Positions 57,660 to 64,000 of a stretch of DNA of 64,000 bases are shown piece after piece; position 1 is the first letter of the stretch, and the number at the start of each line of letters is the position of its first letter. This DNA comes from Chlorokybus atmophyticus (Eukaryota > Plantae > Mesostigma and Chlorokybus algae). The translations under genes were made by a program, and so were the position numbers. The DNA lies in contig RHPI01002491.1 in the NCBI GenBank assembly GCA_009103225.1, positions 105,707 through 169,706 on the forward strand. The letters run 5' to 3'. The notes below the pieces were generated by a model, which was not told the DNA's origin, made no database searches, and saw only the letters and a program-made list of their open reading frames with translations.

Positions 57660-60648
57660 GCGAAACATCCTATCATGAGCACAAAGTCCTCAAGGAGTAT
57701 GTCAACAAGACGCTGGAGCTTATCCGCATTGCGGATGAACACGCGCTATCTGCTGCATATAATGACGACGTGTTGAGGTGGGCTTTTAGCGGCCCGCAAA
57801 GCCTTGCTGCAATTGCATCCAAAAATTAATGGCGGGATGACGAGCCTGTTGCAAGCAAGGTACCACACAGCCGGATTCATGCCTTGGCTGCATTAGTTGC
57901 GAGCAGCGGCTGTTGCCAGCAAAGTGCCGAATGGGGCTGTATACGCTCACTGTTGAGTTCTGCCATGGCAATTCATGTGACACAACGCTGTTTCTATCAG
58001 GTGCCGACGTTAGTGTATCGGCTACACAACCTGTTGAAGTAGATGGGCATGCCCGTGTCGCTGAAGTATCATGCCTGCGTAACAGATGGGCACTGGCATC
58101 TCTTTGATCCGGTGCCACTAGAGCTTAAGCCCACGGATGACACCAACACCGCCAAACGGCAGCGTAGGGAGGTGAGGATACAGCTGCTAATGAAGGGAAA
58201 GTGTCCTACCTGCAGCGCTAAGCGTGGCAGCACTGTAACCTTTTACTACCTGCCTTTGAAGGCTCGCCTGCAATTGATGTTGAAGTCGCCCTCTGTGTGC
58301 GAGCAGCTGCTGGAGTGCTGGCACAAACAGGGCAACTGGTATCGCATATTAGCAAGCCATGCAGCGGGAGCAAAGAGGGAAGTGTGGGACGGCAAGAAGT
58401 GGAGGCGGTTCTCATGGTTTTAGGACCCCAGCCAGCCTATTGTGTTGCCCGTGTTCTGCACCTACTGCAAGCATATGCACATACCAGGACATAACTGCCC
58501 AACCGAAGGCCAGATGTTCCGCGGAGTGGGTGTTCAATTGTGTGAACAGTCTGTGCCCAAAACCCAGTACCCGGCAGCTGCGTCGCAGTGGACATGGAAG
58601 TCCGCTGAACTTGGCGCTCATTGGTCATTGAGACGGCTTTTCTACTGCCACCACGCCGAAGCACAGCACGCTGGCTGTGAGCCTCCAAGTCCTGAATGGT
58701 GGTGAGTGTAGCGGCTGAATGCAATGCTGCATCTAGCCCGCCTTTAGTATTCATTTCTTGTCTCCGCGCAGGCAAGAAGGTGACTTGTAAGAACAACTCG
58801 TTGCTACCTATCATGTTCATACCCAAGGACTCTGTCTTCAACGTCCCAGACAACTTTGATGCCTTCTTGGAGCCACTAGTGTTGGAGCTAGCAGAACTGT
58901 ACGCCAATGGCATGCAGGTTAAGTATGGTTTGTCTAACGCGCAAGTGTCAACAGCACTGCCTGCCCGGGCAGCGGGTGACGTTTGCATGGTGCGGGCCAT
59001 GCTCTTTCTCTGGACAGACGACCATCTAGCTTAATGCAATATGGGCAAGTTTACTGGTGCTGGTGCGAGATGCCCTTGCAGGCGGTGCCATGTGGTGGGC
59101 AACGAGGAAAACCGCAAAGCTCACCGCAAGAATCATGTGGAGCAGCCAGATCACACGTTCACGATTAACTTGGTGGCTTACGACACCAAGCGTTACGAGT
59201 GTTCACTCAATCGTAAGCTGAACCGTCACCCCCCACCTGCACGGATTGCAGCGGAGACGCATGAGGTTGCGCTCCGCCATAAACCCGACGCCGCGGGCAT
59301 CGCGCCTGAATGGGCGGTGCGCAAGGAACTTGGATTCAACACTGGCGTCAAGGGATATAGTCCCCTGTGGCGCTTGTATCAATTGTACGAGTTCGACCCA
59401 GTTCTGGACCTGATATTCGACACTATGCATGTCTTTGCTGAGAACATGGCCATGTCGCTGTGCAAGCGCTTGATTGGCTCGGGGGGCGAGGCAACAGGCG
59501 GATCCAGTGCAATGGCTCCAGCGGACAGGAAAAGGGTCCATGACCGTCTTAAGGCGTTTCAAAAGTCACTTACCACAGAGCTAAAGGCTAGTCGTTTTCC
59601 TCACGGAATTACATCTACGCAAGTCTTGTGAGGTGTTGTTCGTAGAAAGGTTGGTGGTTTGAAATACAATAATCATGTGCACGAATTGCCAAATGAGCGC
59701 ATTTGCAGCACACATCTGTTGACGGTGGCAGTTCGTGACTAATTATGCCTCGACCTTGCAGGCTTGGCTGGTAGAAGGCGGAGGAGTATCAGAAGTTCGT
59801 GCAGCTGGTCATCCGTACTTTACAGACCTGCTCAGACATGTGGAGCCAGATCTATGCACGCCTGTGCATGAGATATTCAGCATGTTCTATCACGTCACAC
59901 GGGTTGATGAATGGACCAGAGGTACATGGACAACGTCGATGCCCTGTTGCGACACTGGTGAGTCATGTCTAAAGAGTACTTGGGGACGAAGAGCAAGGCG
60001 CTGGAGCACGCTGTAGGGGCTGGGCACTTGCTTGAGGACATCGTTAATCATGGCACGCATGAGATCTACTAGTGCTATGTATACGAGCGAAAAGTACACG
60101 AGCACCTGGAGTTGCACACCAATAAGAAGGAGTACGAGTTTACAGGTGTACATCACAATGCGCGGGAGTGGTTTGCGTGCATTGTGGAGCAAATCAAGCT
60201 CGACAACATTACTGGTCTTCGCGGCAGCCAGCGAGCGTTAGCGCACATCATGACGCACTACAGGCCTTCTACTCTGGAGAAGGTGACTGAAGTGCAGCCC
60301 CTCAACCGCAAGGGTTGGTTCCAAGCGCGCAGCATGGAAGCGGCTCGTGCTCTGTGGCGTGTCATTAAGTTGCATCCGCGTTCCTCTATCGCTGTAGAGG
60401 CACAAGATTGCGTCCTCATAGGTGAAGGTTCAATGACACTGCTGTCCGACAGGGACTTCAGTGGAGTAGTTGGCGTGTTGCAGTCCACGCACTGTACCAA
60501 GCCAAAAACAGCGTTGCAGGTGGCGACTCACTTCAGGGCCATCAGCATACACAGCGTTATATACAGGTTGTCATTTTGTGCTGATGCTGCGATTTGCCAT
60601 GTCAGACACCGTGTCTTGAATTCATCGCAAATTTTACACGGTGACTGA
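57660..60648 (+). pseudogene. CACTA/EnSpm (Tnp2-like) transposase, intron-containing and inactivated
   Basis: KYHACVTD...KCPTCSAKR...YYLPLKARLQLM; VWDGKKWRRF; FLEPLVLELAELYANG; LFLWTDDHLA*...GARCPCRRCH; LIFDTMHVF. In-frame stops lie near 58421 and 59032. Confidence 0.85.
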
Positions 60649-61174
60649 CTAAGGACTGAGGGACTGACTGGTGCCTGAGCCTGCCTGAGCCTGCCTAAAA
60701 TATTACTTTTGGACTGTTGGGTTTGCCGTTGGCTTAAGTGGACTGACGCAGACGGCCGCGGGCCGAAAGTGGTTGTCAGTGGCACTAACCGGCCGAAAGT
60801 TGTCAACCAGTTACCCTTTGGTCGATGTGCACAGACGGCCGATGACCGGTAATTACGGACAGCTGACAGCAATAGCCGGCAGTTTCTTGCCGTTACACTG
60901 CTGTTAATATGTGACCCTTGCCATTTGACAAAAGTTGGCAATTCTTGCCGTAAGCCAACACTAACATGCCATGCAGCTTGTACAAACCTTGGACTGATTG
61001 TTTGGTCTTGCACCTAAAAGCCCACAATATATACAATGTACGGGCAGTGGTGAGAGTATGTCCACTTACAACTGAGCAGCCGACTTGCGCATGAAACTAT
61101 CCTATAACATTGAGTCTAGCTGTCGGACTCATGCGCAGCTTGTCAACCCGTGGTGCCTGCCTCAGAACTCCTCC

Positions 61175-62030
61175 TCAAACCCCCTCCTCCTGTTCCTCCT
61201 CCGACGAGTCTTCTGCTTCAACGCCGGAGTCATCTTCATCCGCTGCCTCGCTCGCTGACAGTACAGCGGCTACTTCGTCCTTCAGCTTGAATGTCAGCGC
61301 CTCGCCGTGCACGCGCATGCGCTTGATGGTCGCTTTGAGAGTGACCACCTGCATTTGGTAATGCTGTAAGAGTGGCGTGCTGCCAGAGGACTAGCCCATC
61401 AGCATACACACGCTTACCTCGTCTTCCGCTTTGTTGCACTCCGCCAGGCAGACAGTCAGCCTGCCGCGCTGCTCTTGGTTCACTCTGACCAACATGGCAA
61501 TCTGCAAGCATACTGCTTAATTACCGCTGGAAACATTAAACTAGGTCATAGATTACCCGTTCGTTTGACTCCGCAGCTTCTCTTTTGCGACTTGTGAGCT
61601 CCCGCAAGTAGAAATAGGCTGTGCATTTGCGAGATTGGTCGTGCTGCTCATGTGCATGACACTGGAGGTTGTGCATGAGGGTGTGCATGTGGTATTGACA
61701 ATGTATGTCAAGTGCAAGATACTTGAGGCTGTGCATGTGCAAGATAAAAGAACCCTAGCATGTGGCATTGACAGTGCATCGTAACCCACCTTGGTTATGC
61801 CAGTCTTGTTTGGTCCCTTCAATCATGTCGCCGTGGTCGCAGCTGCTGGTGGGTCGGATTTTCTTAGAGGCAGTATTGTGGTGTGCCTTTGCCCACTCGG
61901 AGGGGGAGCCCTGTAAGATATCGCCCGAGTCACTGTTGTCATTGGATGTGCCCTTGGTAGTCTTGGTGGGGTTTGACACCGAGGACACCCCTCCGGCACC
62001 CTGCCCGCCCTGTGCGAACATGGAATTCAT
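61175..62030 (-). CDS. Hypothetical 4-exon coiled-coil protein with an acidic tail (possible TE accessory gene)
   Basis: Phase-consistent splicing gives ...DWHNQ|AYFYLRELTSRKREAAESNER|IAMLVRVNQEQRGRLTVCLAECNKAEDE|VVTLKATIKRMR...EEEQEEGV*. Confidence 0.45.
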
Positions 62031-62206
62031 CCCGGACCTCGACCACAATGCCCACTACGCCCCTGGCGCCGCCAACGATCTTCCAAACGCCACATACCCT
62101 CGGCATCACGCCTGTAAGGGCATAGCTTGGCGGAGCTATCAATGGTGTTTTCATGCGCAGGGGGACTGACATTGCCAGAGTTGTCAATGGTACGAACTGC
62201 CATTGC

Positions 62207-62376
62207 CATTGTACAAAGGTACCATTTCAATGGTACCTTTGTACAATGCCTAGATCTTTTGGCAAAGGCATCTTCGTACCATTGAAACGGTTCAATCAGA
62301 ATATATCTGTATATAAAAATATCCAGAGACTCACCCTGGACGTGCAATGGCTCGTTCGTACCATTATAATGGTACG
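62207..62376. repeat. Cluster of GTACCATT/AATGGTAC palindromes upstream of the Plavaka ORF
   Basis: Perfect 20-bp arms CATTGTACAAAGGTACCATT-TC-AATGGTACCTTTGTACAATG (62207-62248) and the perfect palindrome CGTACCATTATAATGGTACG (62357-62376). Confidence 0.85.
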
Positions 62377-62467
62377 ATGGAGCCAGTGACTGGCGGCCAA
62401 GTTTCCCGCCTCTGGCATGCAAGGGTAGCGGTAGCGGTGGCGGTGGCGGCGGCGGCGGCGGCGGCGG

Positions 62468-64000
62468 GTGTGCGTGTTGCTGGATATGATGCAGGTTACA
62501 TTGGCGACACCTGTGTCGACGTTAGTAGTGAGATATGGGAGTCCTTTGTCCGTATTGCCACACATGCGCTTCGCCACACGCAGCTCGATCTACATGCACA
62601 TTATTAGCAGCAGGGTGTGCAAGCAGATCAAGCTGTATGTCGGCCAGCGTCCATTACAGTACGATGCGAATCATGTTGAACCGGGGAGTTCGATCCAGGA
62701 TGCTCACATGCTTGATGCTGAAGGATTCCTCCAGGAGACACACGCACAGCAGCAACAGGAGGAGGAGGAAGTGAACGAGGGCTTTCGATGTGTGCGTGTG
62801 CCTGAGAAACCTGTGGCACGCCAACATGGAAGTGCAGGCGTCCCTTCGCACGCGTCGGAATCCAGGTGGTATGGCTCGGAGCATGCTCTTGCAGTGGCAT
62901 TCGTGCAGTGCAACAACGGCCAAGGCCTGTCGGCCTCCGACATGGGGCGGATCATCAAGTGCATCCGAAATGCACACTTCCTGACGGAAGAGCTCCAGTG
63001 GGAGACCGGTGTGCATGCGGCCAGCTACCTCCGGACCACGATTGCTTTCTCTCAGTCTGAGGTGTGTTCACGGTGTGCGGTGCATGTGCTTCAACCATCA
63101 GAGCCATGTCACATATGCACATGCGAGTGTGCTGCCGTATCAGAACTACGTGACGGCTGACCTGCGCAAGCCTGGAGACCCTGAGGATCAGGACATCTGC
63201 GTCACATATATGCCGGCCAAGGTCTGTGAAATGCAGTACCTAATGCAGTATCGATGCAGTATCTATTCTGAGGCCAGCATAGTAAGTAATGCTCTTGGTC
63301 GGAGCAGGTATGGCTCGCGCGGTTGTATGGCAATCCACATGCCGCCAATGGCTTCAATCTCCAGTACACTGGTGACGAGCACAGCTTTGGCCATCCTTCC
63401 ACGGGCGATTGGTGGAAGGATGTGGAGGTGGATTTGAGGAGAGAGGTGGGGGAAGCGTCCTACTTGGCGCCTGCCATTCTGTACAGTGACAAGACCACGC
63501 TGGACAGCGCGGGCAAGCGCTCTGGCTACCCTCTGATGGCATCGCTTGCCAACTACAGTTGGGACATGTATGCTAGCAACATGGGGGTTGTTATGATAGC
63601 GCTTCTGCCGGTGGTTCACGCAGTGGCCGGGCATCCCACCTGGGCGCAGGGCAAGGAATCGTTCTCCATTCGGAAACGTGAGATTTTTCATGACGCTTTA
63701 AATGTAGTGTTAGGGGATGTGAAGCGGGCGAGTTGAAAAGGTCTGCAGCTCATCGGACCGAATGGCATCGAGCGTCGTGTGTTTCCTGCGCTTGCCAACT
63801 ACATCAGCGACTTGCAGGTAGTGGGCATGAATGGTTGTAACCGGATGCAGCCCGCCAGCAAACAGTGCATGGAGGATGTTGTCAGTAGAACATCTGAGTT
63901 TGTCGTGTTGTAGGAGACTGCCACACTCGCACGCACTGTGTCGGGCAACCAAACACGACATCCTTGCGATGTTTGTCTCGTCACCAAATCAGATCTGTTG
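62468..64000 (+). pseudogene. Plavaka-type (CMC-related) transposase, spliced, with a premature stop at about 63734; runs off the right edge
   Basis: HPSTGDWWKD...LAPAILYSDKTTLDSAGKRSGYPLMASLAN...MIALLP...EIFHDALNVVLGDVKRAS*KGLQLIGPNGIERRVFPALANYISD, which matches the Plavaka pattern as I recall it. Confidence 0.75.

Noticed and set aside
62053-62070. CACTAC as the left terminus of the Plavaka element
   Set aside because: It is only a 5-6-bp match with no partner TIR or TSD visible in the window, so it could be chance.

Overview
Eukaryotic, intron-rich genomic DNA from a green-lineage alga. The evidence is plant-type URGT, class II PRPP synthetase, telo-boxes and the cilia-associated RAB28; the species cannot be fixed from sequence alone. 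There are three zones. (1) 1-11.5 kb is TE debris: a Ty3/Gypsy integrase-PHD tail, a MITE, and non-autonomous CACTA-like elements built from palindromic repeats. (2) 13-35 kb is a compact block of eight spliced host genes: URGT, 5-formyl-THF cyclo-ligase, a GT-A glycosyltransferase, RAB28, PRS, an F-box protein, a tail-anchored coiled-coil KASH candidate and a small VCF1/FAM104-like protein. (3) 36.5-64 kb is a nested TE cluster. Its centrepiece is a young 9.1-kb Ty3/Gypsy element (43576-52660, TCAT TSD) whose polyprotein reads Gag-protease-C5 DNA methyltransferase-RT-RNase H-integrase-PHD. It has a Tf1-like self-priming site instead of a tRNA PBS. Most unusually, its terminal repeats are permuted (A...B-gc-A-B): both integrated ends derive from an 18-bp palindrome inside the LTR, which suggests integration of a circular intermediate. 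It sits inside an older copy of the same family that starts at the identical permuted end. The cluster also holds a tRNA-box TRIM plus CACTA and Plavaka transposase relics. All exon structures and alignments were worked out by eye, and no database searches were run.
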